NCBI GenBank assembly: GCA_029975055.1
Contig: JARKPU010000055.1
Location: 17,251-81,250, forward strand
Length of the DNA: 64,000 nt
Source: Anaerolinea sp.
Lineage (GTDB): Bacteria > Chloroflexota > Anaerolineae > Anaerolineales > Anaerolineaceae
Reading direction: 5' to 3'
Under the pieces are notes generated by a model. The model saw only the letters and a list, made by a program, of their open reading frames with translations. It made no database searches and was not told the origin of the DNA. Positions within the stretch are counted from its first letter, which is position 1. Every line of letters starts with the position of its first letter. A program made the position numbers and the translations under genes. Below, piece after piece: positions 27,182 through 36,121 of the stretch.

Positions 27182-28294
27182 TCATTGGAAGATAATCACC
27201 CCGCTGAACATGCCCATCGAGCAGGCAAACTGCAGGCGCGTGCCCGCTTTCTGCGGCGGGATCTCCAGCGTCTTGGTGCCCCTGGCAGGCAGCAGCGCCG
27301 AAAGGTCCAGCGCCGGGATCACAAACGCGCGCGCGCAGGAATAGGTGTCGTTGGTGGTCAAATTGAGCTTGATCGTCTTCCCAGCCGGCACGCGCACGCG
27401 CGACGGGCTGTAACCGGTATCGGTCACTTTGATCTCCACCACCTCCCCGCCCTGCGGGGCGGCATCCTGCTGGATGATGCCGTTGTCTTGCCCGGGGAGC
27501 GTATAGGTCTGCAGGCTTTGCCCGGGCGAGAAGGCCTCGGCAACCAGCTGCGGAATGCGGCTGAGGCTGACGGGCGAGCCCATCAGGTTGAGGCCGGTAT
27601 CAAAGGTGAGCACCCCCAGGACGAGCAGCACCAAGGCCACCACGCGGGTGAAGTTCTTCTCGAGCAACGCCCCAAGGCGCGTCGCCAGGTAAGTCAGGCC
27701 AAAGAAGACCGGGCTGGCCCCCAGGGTGAAGGCAAAGAGGATCACCGCGCCCAGCCACGGGCTGCCCGAACCGACCGCCAGGGCCATCATCGCCTGCGTG
27801 ACGCCGCACGGGATGAGCACCGTCAACGCGCCGAGCATGAGCGGGGTGAGCGGCGAATCGGCGCTCTTCGACTTGCGCCGCAGGTAGCGCGTCACCCGCG
27901 CAGGCGGCTCAAAGGTGAAGTAGCGGAAGATGGGGTGCACGTTGAACATGCGCAGGGCGTTGCCGACCATGAAGATGCCGATGCCCGCCTGCAGAATGCC
28001 GCGCGTCACCGCCGAGAGCGAAAGCACCGACCCCAGCGCGCCGAGCAGGAACCCAAGCAAGGTGTAAACGGCCAGCTTGGCCGCCAGGAAGAGCAAAATG
28101 GGCTGAGCCAGCCCCGCGCCGCCCGGCCTGGCCTGCGCGGGCTTCTTTTTACCGCCGGCTTTGGCGGCGCTTTGCAGGCCGGCTTCCAGGCGGTTGGCGA
28201 GCGAGGTGGTGATCAACCCGCCCTGGACGGCCATGCAGCTCAACCCGCCGGTGGTGATGCCGGTGACAAATGCAGCCACAATCACATTATCCAT
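27182..28294 (-). CDS. DsbD_2 / TauE-like membrane protein fused to a C-terminal cupredoxin-like domain
   Basis: GGLSCMAVQGGLI, LIPCGVTQAM, GYSPSRVRVPAG, CARAF, FACSMGMFSG. Confidence 0.8.
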   Translation of the reverse strand: MDNVIVAAFVTGITTGGLSCMAVQGGLITTSLANRLEAGLQSAAKAGGKKKPAQARPGGAGLAQPILLFLAAKLAVYTLLGFLLGALGSVLSLSAVTRGILQAGIGIFMVGNALRMFNVHPIFRYFTFEPPARVTRYLRRKSKSADSPLTPLMLGALTVLIPCGVTQAMMALAVGSGSPWLGAVILFAFTLGASPVFFGLTYLATRLGALLEKNFTRVVALVLLVLGVLTFDTGLNLMGSPVSLSRIPQLVAEAFSPGQSLQTYTLPGQDNGIIQQDAAPQGGEVVEIKVTDTGYSPSRVRVPAGKTIKLNLTTNDTYSCARAFVIPALDLSALLPARGTKTLEIPPQKAGTRLQFACSMGMFSGVIIFQ

Positions 28295-28426
28295 TCAGTA
28301 TTCAAACTCCTTCGAGGGCAATGCCGCAATGGGATTATTATAACCGTCCCTTAACCCCAGGAATAAGATCAAATATGTATATTTTTCCCGTCAAATGTCA
28401 CATTTTGGGGAGTGGAGCGCTGCGGG

Positions 28427-28888
28427 TTACGTGTTCTCGTCCAGGTAGGCGTTTTTAATCGCGGTCTGCCGGGGCCGGGCGGGGTTCACCAGCAGGGTCA
28501 CCCAATCGCCGGGCTTGATCGCCTTGGTGCGGCGGTTGGTGTGCAGGTGACTCACCGAGCGGCGCTTGTCCTTCTCGCCGCGCAGCGTGAATTCCACCAC
28601 CACCTGCCCGCGGTCGCGGTAGAAATCCGATTTCGTCACCCGGGCGCGCACTTCCTCGCCCTGCTGGAAGATGCGCCGCACCGAGAAGAAGCGCCAGGCG
28701 ATCAGCCCCAGCGCCGCCGCCGTCACCCCCGCCGAAAAGATCAGGTAAAAGCGCTCGTCGCGGAAATTCCAGCTGAGGATCTTGAAGAGCACATACAGCA
28801 CCCAGACGGTCACCAGCGAAACGAACGAGAAGGTGGCGATGTAATCGGTATCCAGGATGCGCCAGAAGGTGGGGGTGGGTTTTTCCAT
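28427..28888 (-). CDS. Hypothetical membrane protein (two TMs plus small beta domain, DUF3592-like)
   Basis: MEKPTPTFW start with TATAAT 6 nt upstream; two TMs; VTLLVNPARP motif. Confidence 0.6.
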   Translation of the reverse strand: MEKPTPTFWRILDTDYIATFSFVSLVTVWVLYVLFKILSWNFRDERFYLIFSAGVTAAALGLIAWRFFSVRRIFQQGEEVRARVTKSDFYRDRGQVVVEFTLRGEKDKRRSVSHLHTNRRTKAIKPGDWVTLLVNPARPRQTAIKNAYLDENT

Positions 28889-29007
28889 ACTTGAATTATA
28901 AGGGAAAAGAGATCGGTTGCTCAGGCGCTCTGGCCGAAAGGCCCGGGTTCGCAGAACCCTGAGCGCCCAAAGACGGCAATTCAACTTTTTTGCAAAGAAA
29001 ACCCATT

Positions 29008-30090
29008 CTACGGCTCCAGCACGATCAACAGGCTGGAGAGCGCCACATTCCCCGGGATGCGGCTGCCCTCCTGCCGGAAGGTGAGCCTCACGGGGGTGGG
29101 GCCGTCCACCTGGTAGGGGATTTCCAGCAGGAAGGGCATGTGGCTCTGGTCGCCGGCGGGTTTCGCCGCATTGAACGAACCGCTGGCCACCACGCGCCCG
29201 TCTTCGGCGATGCACTCCACCAGCACCGGCGAATCGTTCACGGGGCGCGCCAGCCCGCTCACCAGCAGCACGCCCCCCGAGATGGCGTCTCCTTCCCTGG
29301 GGAAACGCACGATGTACGGTTCCTGGGTGATCTCCGGGGCAAAGATTTCGGCCCGCCCCACCGAGAGCAGCACCAGATCCACCGACATGAGCGCCACGGT
29401 GCGCCCGTGGCTGTCGCGCGTGGAGGCCTGCAGGCGCGCCGTCTCGGCCATCGCCACGATCTGGTAGGGAATATCCGGGTAGAAGGCAATCGAGCGCCCG
29501 CGGTACTGGCTCAGGTTGCGGTCTTCACGGTAGATCGTGCGCCCGTCCTCGCCGATCAACTCCACCGTCACCAGGCCGTCGTCGCCGGGGACGGCGTAAA
29601 TTTCCGCCTGGATCGGCGAAACCACCCGCGAGAGCAGACCCGGCCGGGCGATTTCCAGCCGCGGGGCGGGCGGCGTGGGCGTGTTGGTGATCGTCGGCGT
29701 GTTGGTGATGGTGGGCGTCTTGCTCGGCGTGCGCGTGCGGGTGGGGATGCGCGTGCGCGTGGGCGTGCGCGTGGGCGGGCCGGTGCGCGAAGCCGTGGGG
29801 CTGGGGCCGGGCGTGGCGGTCTCGCTGGGGGTGAGGGTGGGGCTGGGCGTATCGGTCGGCTCGCCGGTGGGGCCGGGGCCGCGCGTGGGCGTGGGCGGAA
29901 CGGGGCTGGGGGTTTCGCTCGGCGGGGGCGTCGGCGTAAAGGTCGGCGCGCTCGTGGCGGTGGGCGTGCGGGTGGGGGTGAGCAGGTTCGCCAGCGAGAC
30001 GCCTCCGCCGCAGCCCGCCAGGAGCAGGCCGATGAAGGCGGCCCCCAGCAGGGCCGGCAGCCAGCGCGCGGCCGTGCGGCTCAAGGTCAC
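29008..30090 (-). CDS. Lipoprotein with long Thr/Pro-rich linker and C-terminal Ig-like (Gmad2-like) domain
   Basis: LLLAGC lipobox, (TP)n tract, IVRFPREGDAISGGVLLVSGLARP. Confidence 0.65.
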   Translation of the reverse strand: MTLSRTAARWLPALLGAAFIGLLLAGCGGGVSLANLLTPTRTPTATSAPTFTPTPPPSETPSPVPPTPTRGPGPTGEPTDTPSPTLTPSETATPGPSPTASRTGPPTRTPTRTRIPTRTRTPSKTPTITNTPTITNTPTPPAPRLEIARPGLLSRVVSPIQAEIYAVPGDDGLVTVELIGEDGRTIYREDRNLSQYRGRSIAFYPDIPYQIVAMAETARLQASTRDSHGRTVALMSVDLVLLSVGRAEIFAPEITQEPYIVRFPREGDAISGGVLLVSGLARPVNDSPVLVECIAEDGRVVASGSFNAAKPAGDQSHMPFLLEIPYQVDGPTPVRLTFRQEGSRIPGNVALSSLLIVLEP

Positions 30091-30956
30091 CCTGCCATTT
30101 GCGGGAGGATCTCGCGCGCGAAGAGGCGCATCGCCCGCTCGCGTTCGGGCTGCGATTCCGCGGCGAATTGCAGCACCATATACGTCACGCCGGCGGCGGC
30201 ATAGGCCTGCATGGCTTCCACCACCTGCCCGGGCGGGCCGGAAAGCGGCTGCTCGGGCCGCGCCTCGCCGCCCAGCGAGATGCTCAGGCGCGGGGCCACC
30301 TCAAAAGGCCGCCCCGCCAGCAAAGGGCGGATGACGCGCAGCATCTGGCCGATCTCATCCGGCTTGAGCGTGGTGGGGTGCCAGCCGTCGGTGAGCAGCG
30401 CCGCGCGCCTGAGCGCCTTCGGTGAGTTGCCCGCCGTCCACAGCGGCGGCCCGCCGGGCTGCACCGGCGCGGGCGCAAACTGGGCACGCTCGAAGTGATA
30501 ATACCTGCCCTGGTACGAGATGACGCGTCCGCCGCGCCACAAAGTGCGCAGCACCTGGATGCCCTCATCCATGCGCTTGCCGCGGTTGGTGAACTCGTAG
30601 CCCAGGTTGGCATACTCGCCCTTCGACCAGCCGATGCCGAGCGCCAGCATCACCCGCCCGCCCGAGAGCGCATCGATGGTGGCAAGCGCTTTGGCCATCT
30701 CGTAAGGGTTGCGCTGCGGCAGAATCAGCGCCGAAATGCCCAGCCGGATGCTGCCCGTGCTCGCCGCCAGGTACGCCGCCGTCGAGACGGCCTCGAAAAT
30801 CGGCGTATAGGCGGGGCCGTCGCTTTCGGGCATCGCCATGTGGTCCGTCAGCCAGGCCGAATGAAAACCCAGGCTCTCGGCCAGCAGGGCGGTATCGAGC
30901 ACGGCCAGCCGGGTGGCCTGCGCACCGTAGTTGGGAAGAATCACGCCGAATTTCAT
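30087..30956 (-). CDS. LLM-class (probably F420-dependent) oxidoreductase
   Basis: MKFGVILP, AESLGFHSAWLTDH, LAKALATIDALSGGRVMLALGIGW, DGWHP. Confidence 0.8.
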   Translation of the reverse strand: MKFGVILPNYGAQATRLAVLDTALLAESLGFHSAWLTDHMAMPESDGPAYTPIFEAVSTAAYLAASTGSIRLGISALILPQRNPYEMAKALATIDALSGGRVMLALGIGWSKGEYANLGYEFTNRGKRMDEGIQVLRTLWRGGRVISYQGRYYHFERAQFAPAPVQPGGPPLWTAGNSPKALRRAALLTDGWHPTTLKPDEIGQMLRVIRPLLAGRPFEVAPRLSISLGGEARPEQPLSGPPGQVVEAMQAYAAAGVTYMVLQFAAESQPERERAMRLFAREILPQMAG

Positions 30957-30966
30957 AGGTTTTCTA

Positions 30967-30996
30967 CACAGGGGCGCACGGTGGTGCGCCCCTGTG
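30967..30996. repeat. Perfect 13-bp hairpin, REP-like
   Basis: CACAGGGGCGCAC-GGTG-GTGCGCCCCTGTG. Confidence 0.55.
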
Positions 30997-31008
30997 ATCT
31001 CCGGTTCG

Positions 31009-32505
31009 TTACAGGCCGTAGATTTCGCCGTACTTGGCCTTCAGGTAGCGCAGGTAGGGCTCCGGGGCGATCTTCGAGCCCGTCACCTTCTTCACCAGCA
31101 CCTGCGGTTCATATTTGGCGCCCACGGCGTGGATGTTCTCACGCAGCCAGCCGAGCAGCGCGCCGAATTCGCCGCGCTCGATCTGCTCGCTCAAATCGGG
31201 AATCTGCCGATTGATCTGCTCCCACAACTGCACCGAGACGAGGTTGCCCAGCGCATAGGTGGGGAAGTAGCCCATCATGCCGCCCGACCAATGGATATCT
31301 TGCAGCACGCCCTTGGCATCGTTCGGCGGGGTCACCCCCAGGTATTCCTGCATGCGCGCGTTCCAGGCCTCCGGCAGGTCCTTCACCTGCAGGCTGCCTT
31401 CCAGCAGGGCGATCTCCAGCTCCATGCGCAGCATGATGTGCAGGTTATAGGTCGCCTCGTCGGCTTCCACGCGGATGTAGGAGGGCTGCACGCGGTTGAT
31501 CGCCTTGTAGAACGTCTCCAGGCTCACGTTGCCCAGCTGGCTCGAGAAGATCTGCTGCATGCGCGGGTAGAAGTGCTTCCAGAACGGCAGCGAGCGGCCG
31601 ACCAGGTTCTCCCACATACGCGATTGCGACTCGTGCAGCGCCATCGAAGCCGCGCTGGAAAGCGGCGTGCGGTTGTGAGCCGGGCTGTGGCCCAGGTCAT
31701 ACAGGGCGTGGCCGCACTCGTGCATGGTGCCGAAGAGCATCGTGCCGGGGTAGTTGGCGTCGAGCCGCGTGGTGATGCGCACATCGTTCTGCCCGAAGCC
31801 GGTGGTGAAGGGGTGCGCCGAGCGGTCTTGCCGCCCGCGGTTCCAATCATAGCCGAATTTGGTGATCACCTCCACGCCGAAATCCCACTGCGCCTGCTCG
31901 GGGTAATGCTGGTAGAGGAAGCCGAACTCCACCTGCGGGCGCGCGGCGATGGCCCGCACCAGCTCCACCTGTTCGGCGCGCAGTTGCTTGAAGATCTCCT
32001 GCACCTCGGCCGTCTTCATCCCCGGCTCGAAATCATCCAGCTGGGCGTCGTAAACATGCTCGTAGGGCGCGAAGAAGGTCGAATATTCGCGGCGCAGCTC
32101 AAGGTTGTGCTCGAGGAAGGGCTTGAACTGGGCAAAATCGCTGGCATGCCGCGCCTTCACCCAGGCCTCCTGCCCGAGCGTGGTGGCGTTGCTGAACTCT
32201 TCCACCCAGCGCGCCGGCACGCGCGTGTGCTTTTCGTAGTTCCGGCGCGTCACCCGCAGCAGGGCTGCCTCGTCGGAATCGGGGTCGAACTGGTCTGCCG
32301 AAAGGCTCTCGAGCAGGTTGCCCATCTCGTCCGAGACCCAGCGCTCGTGCTCCAGGCGGGCCAGCGTGCCGATCTGGTTGCCGCGGTCTTCCGCGCCGCC
32401 CGGCGGCATGTAGGTCTGCTGGTCCCAACTCAAAACCGCCTGGGCGCGCCCCAGGTCGTCGATTTCCGCCAGGATTTCCTTGAGCCGTTTCAATTTATCA
32501 TTCAT
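31009..32505 (-). CDS. Carboxypeptidase M32 (Taq-like)
   Basis: HPF, DVRITTR-like, HECGH (HExxH), HESQSR, IRVEADE, GVLQDIHW, GYFPTYALGN. Confidence 0.95.
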   Translation of the reverse strand: MNDKLKRLKEILAEIDDLGRAQAVLSWDQQTYMPPGGAEDRGNQIGTLARLEHERWVSDEMGNLLESLSADQFDPDSDEAALLRVTRRNYEKHTRVPARWVEEFSNATTLGQEAWVKARHASDFAQFKPFLEHNLELRREYSTFFAPYEHVYDAQLDDFEPGMKTAEVQEIFKQLRAEQVELVRAIAARPQVEFGFLYQHYPEQAQWDFGVEVITKFGYDWNRGRQDRSAHPFTTGFGQNDVRITTRLDANYPGTMLFGTMHECGHALYDLGHSPAHNRTPLSSAASMALHESQSRMWENLVGRSLPFWKHFYPRMQQIFSSQLGNVSLETFYKAINRVQPSYIRVEADEATYNLHIMLRMELEIALLEGSLQVKDLPEAWNARMQEYLGVTPPNDAKGVLQDIHWSGGMMGYFPTYALGNLVSVQLWEQINRQIPDLSEQIERGEFGALLGWLRENIHAVGAKYEPQVLVKKVTGSKIAPEPYLRYLKAKYGEIYGL

Positions 32506-32542
32506 ACGTAGAGGTCCTTTTCGTGTGGTTGCTTCAAATTTT

Positions 32543-32575
32543 GAACATCACACGGGCCGGGCCCGTGTGATGTTC
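32543..32575. other. Perfect 15-bp inverted repeat between the SerA-like and M32 genes
   Basis: GAACATCACACGGGC-CGG-GCCCGTGTGATGTTC; no U-tract on the coding strand. Confidence 0.55.
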
Positions 32576-32588
32576 GATGACTGGTCGT

Positions 32589-33530
32589 TTAGATCACCCG
32601 CCAGCGCAGCGCCTCGCCCTTGAGGGCGGCGCAGATCTCGGTGGCGATGTCATAGCCCGCGCGCGCCTGGGCTTCCACCGTCTGCGCGCCGATGTGCGGC
32701 GTGCAGATCACCTTCGGGTGGCTCACCAGCGCCGTCTGGCCAGGCGGCTCGGTGGCAAAGACGTCCAGCGCCGCGCCGGCCACCTTCCCGGAATTGAGCG
32801 CCGCCACCAGCGCCTCTTCATCTACAATCCCGCCGCGGGCCGCATCCACCAGGTAAACCCCGTCTTTCATCCTGGCGAAAGTCTCCGCGTTGAGCATGCC
32901 GCGCGTCTCGTTGGTGAGCGGCAGGTGCAGCGAGATGAAATCCGCTTCGGCCAGCAGGGTTTCCCAGCTCACCGGCTCGCCGCCCCGCGCGCGGATATCT
33001 TCGACGGTTTTCAGCCGGTCATAGGCCATGATTTCCATATCGAACGCCCTGGCGCGTTTGGCCACCGCCGAGCCGATGCGCCCAAAGCCGATGATGCCCA
33101 GCTTCTTCCCGTACAGCTCGACGCCCTCGAATTCTTTCTTCAGCCACTTGCCTTCCTTCATGGATCTGTCGGCGCGGGGCAGCTCGCGCACCAGGGCGAG
33201 CATCATCCCCATGGCCAGCTCGGCCACGGTGACGGTGGTCGCCAGCGGTGAATTGACCACCTTGACCCCGTGAGCCTTGGCGGCGTTGAGGTCGATGTTA
33301 TCCACGCCGATGCCCGCGCGCCCCACCACTTCCAGTTTGGTGGCCGCATCGAAAACCGCCGGCGTGACCTTCGTGCGGCTGCGCACGATCAATGCCTCAT
33401 ACTCGCCGATCTCCTTGATCAAATCGTCCGCTGAAATGCCCGTCCGGTCGGCAACCTGTCCCACCGATTTGAGCACCTCGATGCCTTTCGCGTCCAGGCC
33501 GTCGGCGATGAGTATCTTGTAGGCAGCCAT
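32589..33530 (-). CDS. D-3-phosphoglycerate dehydrogenase-like protein (SerA catalytic core, no ACT domain)
   Basis: LIVRSRTKVT, GRAGIGVDNID, GIIGFGRIG, AARGGIVDE, TPHIGAQTVEAQ. Confidence 0.85.
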   Translation of the reverse strand: MAAYKILIADGLDAKGIEVLKSVGQVADRTGISADDLIKEIGEYEALIVRSRTKVTPAVFDAATKLEVVGRAGIGVDNIDLNAAKAHGVKVVNSPLATTVTVAELAMGMMLALVRELPRADRSMKEGKWLKKEFEGVELYGKKLGIIGFGRIGSAVAKRARAFDMEIMAYDRLKTVEDIRARGGEPVSWETLLAEADFISLHLPLTNETRGMLNAETFARMKDGVYLVDAARGGIVDEEALVAALNSGKVAGAALDVFATEPPGQTALVSHPKVICTPHIGAQTVEAQARAGYDIATEICAALKGEALRWRVI

Positions 33531-33690
33531 TTTGTGCGACTCCTTCGTTCTTTGTTGGATTGATGAGGGCTTTCCCCTCCCCGCTATGATTTTACCTTAC
33601 AAACGGAAATGCGGCGGCCGCTCCGGCAGGTGGCGATCGCTTCCTCAAGCTGAAGAACACCCGTCTTGTGCTAGAATCCACTCATCACCT

Positions 33691-34260
33691 ATGCCGCAGC
33701 GAACCATCAACCCCCGCATGCTCATCCCCGAACCGATGCAGCGCTGCAAGCTGCATGAATGCCGCGGTGCATGCTGCCTGCACGGTGTGTGGATCGACCT
33801 CGCCGAGCAGGCCGACCTGCTGGCCCACGCGGAGCTGATCGCCCCCCACATGCCCGAGGCGCTGCGCGACCCGCAGGCCTGGTTTGATGGGCGCCGCGAG
33901 GCAGACGAATTTGCTCCCTCCGGCCAGGTGGTGCACAGCACCGTCTTGCCGGACCGTTCTCATTACGGCGGCACGGCCTGCGTCTTCCTGCGCGACGACT
34001 TCAAGTGCGCCCTGCAGGTGGCCGGGCAGGCCGCCGGGCTGCATCCCTGGCGCTTCAAGCCCTTCTATTGCGTCCTGCACCCCCTCGACCTGGATGAGCA
34101 AGGGCGCATCACCCTCGATTCCGCCGCCGCCCTGCTGAGCGAAGAGGGCAGCTGCCTGCGCCCCGCCCCGCAGCCCATCTCGCTGCTCGAAACCTTCGAA
34201 CCCGAACTGCGCTACCTGCTTGGCGATGAAGCTTTTGCCCGCCTGGCATCGAAAGGATGA
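33691..34260 (+). CDS. DUF3109-like Cys-rich protein
   Basis: CKLHECRGACCLHG, ACVFL...CALQ, KPFYCVLHPL. Confidence 0.7.
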   Translation: MPQRTINPRMLIPEPMQRCKLHECRGACCLHGVWIDLAEQADLLAHAELIAPHMPEALRDPQAWFDGRREADEFAPSGQVVHSTVLPDRSHYGGTACVFLRDDFKCALQVAGQAAGLHPWRFKPFYCVLHPLDLDEQGRITLDSAAALLSEEGSCLRPAPQPISLLETFEPELRYLLGDEAFARLASKG

Positions 34261-34263
34261 CCC

Positions 34264-35181
34264 ATGCCGGTTTTGCACACCACCCTCGGGGCCTACGAGG
34301 CCTCTCAACTTGGCCTGATCCTCCCCCACGAGCACATCTTCGTGGATCTGCGCACCCTCGAAACCGAGGGCCACGGGCAGGCTTCTGCAGAGCAGGTGGT
34401 GCGGGTGATGGCCCCGCGCCTGCTCGAAGCGCGTTCCGCCGGGGTGAGCGCCCTGGTGGAATGCACCCCCCAGGGCGTCGGCCGCCGCGTGGATCTGGTG
34501 CTCGCCGCCTCGCAGGCGGCAGGCTTCCCGGTGGTGGTCGCCACGGGCGTTTACCGCGAGCCGTGGGTGCCCGCCTGGGCGCGTGAGGCCCCCGAAGAGA
34601 TTCTGCAGGGCTGGATGGCCGGCGAGCTGGAAACCGGCATCGGTCAGACGGGCGTGCGCGCGGGCTTCATCAAGCTCAGCGCCGGCGATGATGGCCTGAC
34701 GCCGGTGGAGGAGAAGATCCTGCGCGCCGCCGGGCAGGCCGGAGCGCAGACAGGCGCGGCCATCGGCAGCCACACCATCCGCGGGCGGGTCGTCCTCCGC
34801 CAGCTCGATATCCTCGCCTCGCTGGGCTTCGACCCCGCCCGCTTCATTTCCATCCACGCCCAGGCCGAGGCCGATTTCGCCCTCAACCTTGAGGTGGCCC
34901 GGCGCGGCGCGTGGGTCGAATATGACGGCATCGGCTGGGGAGATGACGACGACATGTACATCCGGCGCATCCTGCAAATGCTCGAGGCCGGTTTCGGCGC
35001 ACAGGTGCTGCTCTCGATGGACCGCGGCTGGTTCGACCCTGCCCAGCCGGGCGGCGAGAACGTGAAGCCTTTCACCTACCTGAGCGAGGTTTTCCTGCCC
35101 AAACTGCGCGCCGCCGGGGTGGATGAGCCCACGCTGCGCAGCCTCACCATAGATAACCCCTTCCGCGCCTTCTCGCGCTAG
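34264..35181 (+). CDS. Phosphotriesterase-family (PHP-like) amidohydrolase
   Basis: PHEH (HxH), GFIK (carboxylated Lys position), SHT, IHAQ, LLSMD, DNPFR. Confidence 0.85.
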   Translation: MPVLHTTLGAYEASQLGLILPHEHIFVDLRTLETEGHGQASAEQVVRVMAPRLLEARSAGVSALVECTPQGVGRRVDLVLAASQAAGFPVVVATGVYREPWVPAWAREAPEEILQGWMAGELETGIGQTGVRAGFIKLSAGDDGLTPVEEKILRAAGQAGAQTGAAIGSHTIRGRVVLRQLDILASLGFDPARFISIHAQAEADFALNLEVARRGAWVEYDGIGWGDDDDMYIRRILQMLEAGFGAQVLLSMDRGWFDPAQPGGENVKPFTYLSEVFLPKLRAAGVDEPTLRSLTIDNPFRAFSR

Positions 35182-35185
35182 CCGC

Positions 35186-36061
35186 ATGCCCGTCCTCCTG
35201 GCGTTTGCCGCCATCCTCTTGTGGAGCACGCTGGCCCTGCTTGGCTCGCGATTGGTGCATCTTCCGCCCTTCCTGCTGCTGGGCTGCGCGCTCGGCCTGA
35301 GCGGGTTGATCAGCGCGGCCCGGCCGCGCGCCTGGCGCGTGCCCCTGCGCACCCTGGCGGTGGGGGTGGGGGGCATCTTTGGCTACCACTTCCTCTACTT
35401 TCGCGCCTTCGCGCTGGCCCCGGCGGTGGAAGCCAACCTGATCAACTACCTCTGGCCGCTGTTGATCGTCTTGCTCTCGCCGCTGGTGCTGAGGGGGGTG
35501 CGCCTGCGCCCCTGGCACCTGGCGGGGGCGCTGCTCGGGCTGGCCGGCGCGGGGCTTATCGTCTCGGGCGGGCGGCTGAGCCTGCGGACGGAATACCTGC
35601 CCGGTTACCTGTGCGCCGCCGGGGCGGCCTTCACCTGGGCGCTCTACTCGCTCCTCACCCGCCGCCTGCCGCCCTTCCCGACCGACTCGGTGGCGGCCTT
35701 CTGCGCGGCGGGCAGCCTGCTGGCGCTGGGCTTCCATGCCCTTTCGGGCGGCTCGTTTGCCGTGCTGGCCGCCCTGCCCGCGCAGGATTGGCTCCTGCTC
35801 GGGCTGATCGGCCTCGGCCCGATGGGCGCGGCCTTCTTCTTCTGGGATGCCGCCCTCAAACGCGGCGACCCGCGCGTCATCGGCTCGCTGGCTTACCTGA
35901 CGCCCCTGCTTTCCACGCTCAACCTGGTGCTGCTCGCCGGGCAGAAGCTCACACCGCTCAGCCTGGCGGCGATGGCCCTCATCGTCGGCGGGGCAGTCAT
36001 CGGCTCCTGGAAGCCCCGCCCCGCGAACGCCGGGCAGGTTGATGTCGGCGCCGGAGGATAA
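35186..36061 (+). CDS. DMT/EamA family transporter
   Basis: Ten TMs in two EamA repeats, NYLWPLLIVLLS, LAYLTPLLS. Confidence 0.85.
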   Translation: MPVLLAFAAILLWSTLALLGSRLVHLPPFLLLGCALGLSGLISAARPRAWRVPLRTLAVGVGGIFGYHFLYFRAFALAPAVEANLINYLWPLLIVLLSPLVLRGVRLRPWHLAGALLGLAGAGLIVSGGRLSLRTEYLPGYLCAAGAAFTWALYSLLTRRLPPFPTDSVAAFCAAGSLLALGFHALSGGSFAVLAALPAQDWLLLGLIGLGPMGAAFFFWDAALKRGDPRVIGSLAYLTPLLSTLNLVLLAGQKLTPLSLAAMALIVGGAVIGSWKPRPANAGQVDVGAGG

Positions 36062-36086
36062 GAAGAGCGCAGCCGCACGCAGGTGC

Positions 36087-36115
36087 TTGACAGCTCTTCC
36101 CTGCCCCCTCACAAT
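36087..36115 (+). promoter_or_regulatory. Sigma70-type leaderless promoter
   Basis: TTGACA-17 nt-CACAAT-6 nt-ATG (36122). Confidence 0.65.
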
Positions 36116-36121
36116 GGAAGC

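Noticed and set aside
28345-28370. CsoR operator upstream of the copper genes
   Set aside because: TTAACCCCAGGAATAA is only a weak pseudo-palindrome and is not convincing without an alignment
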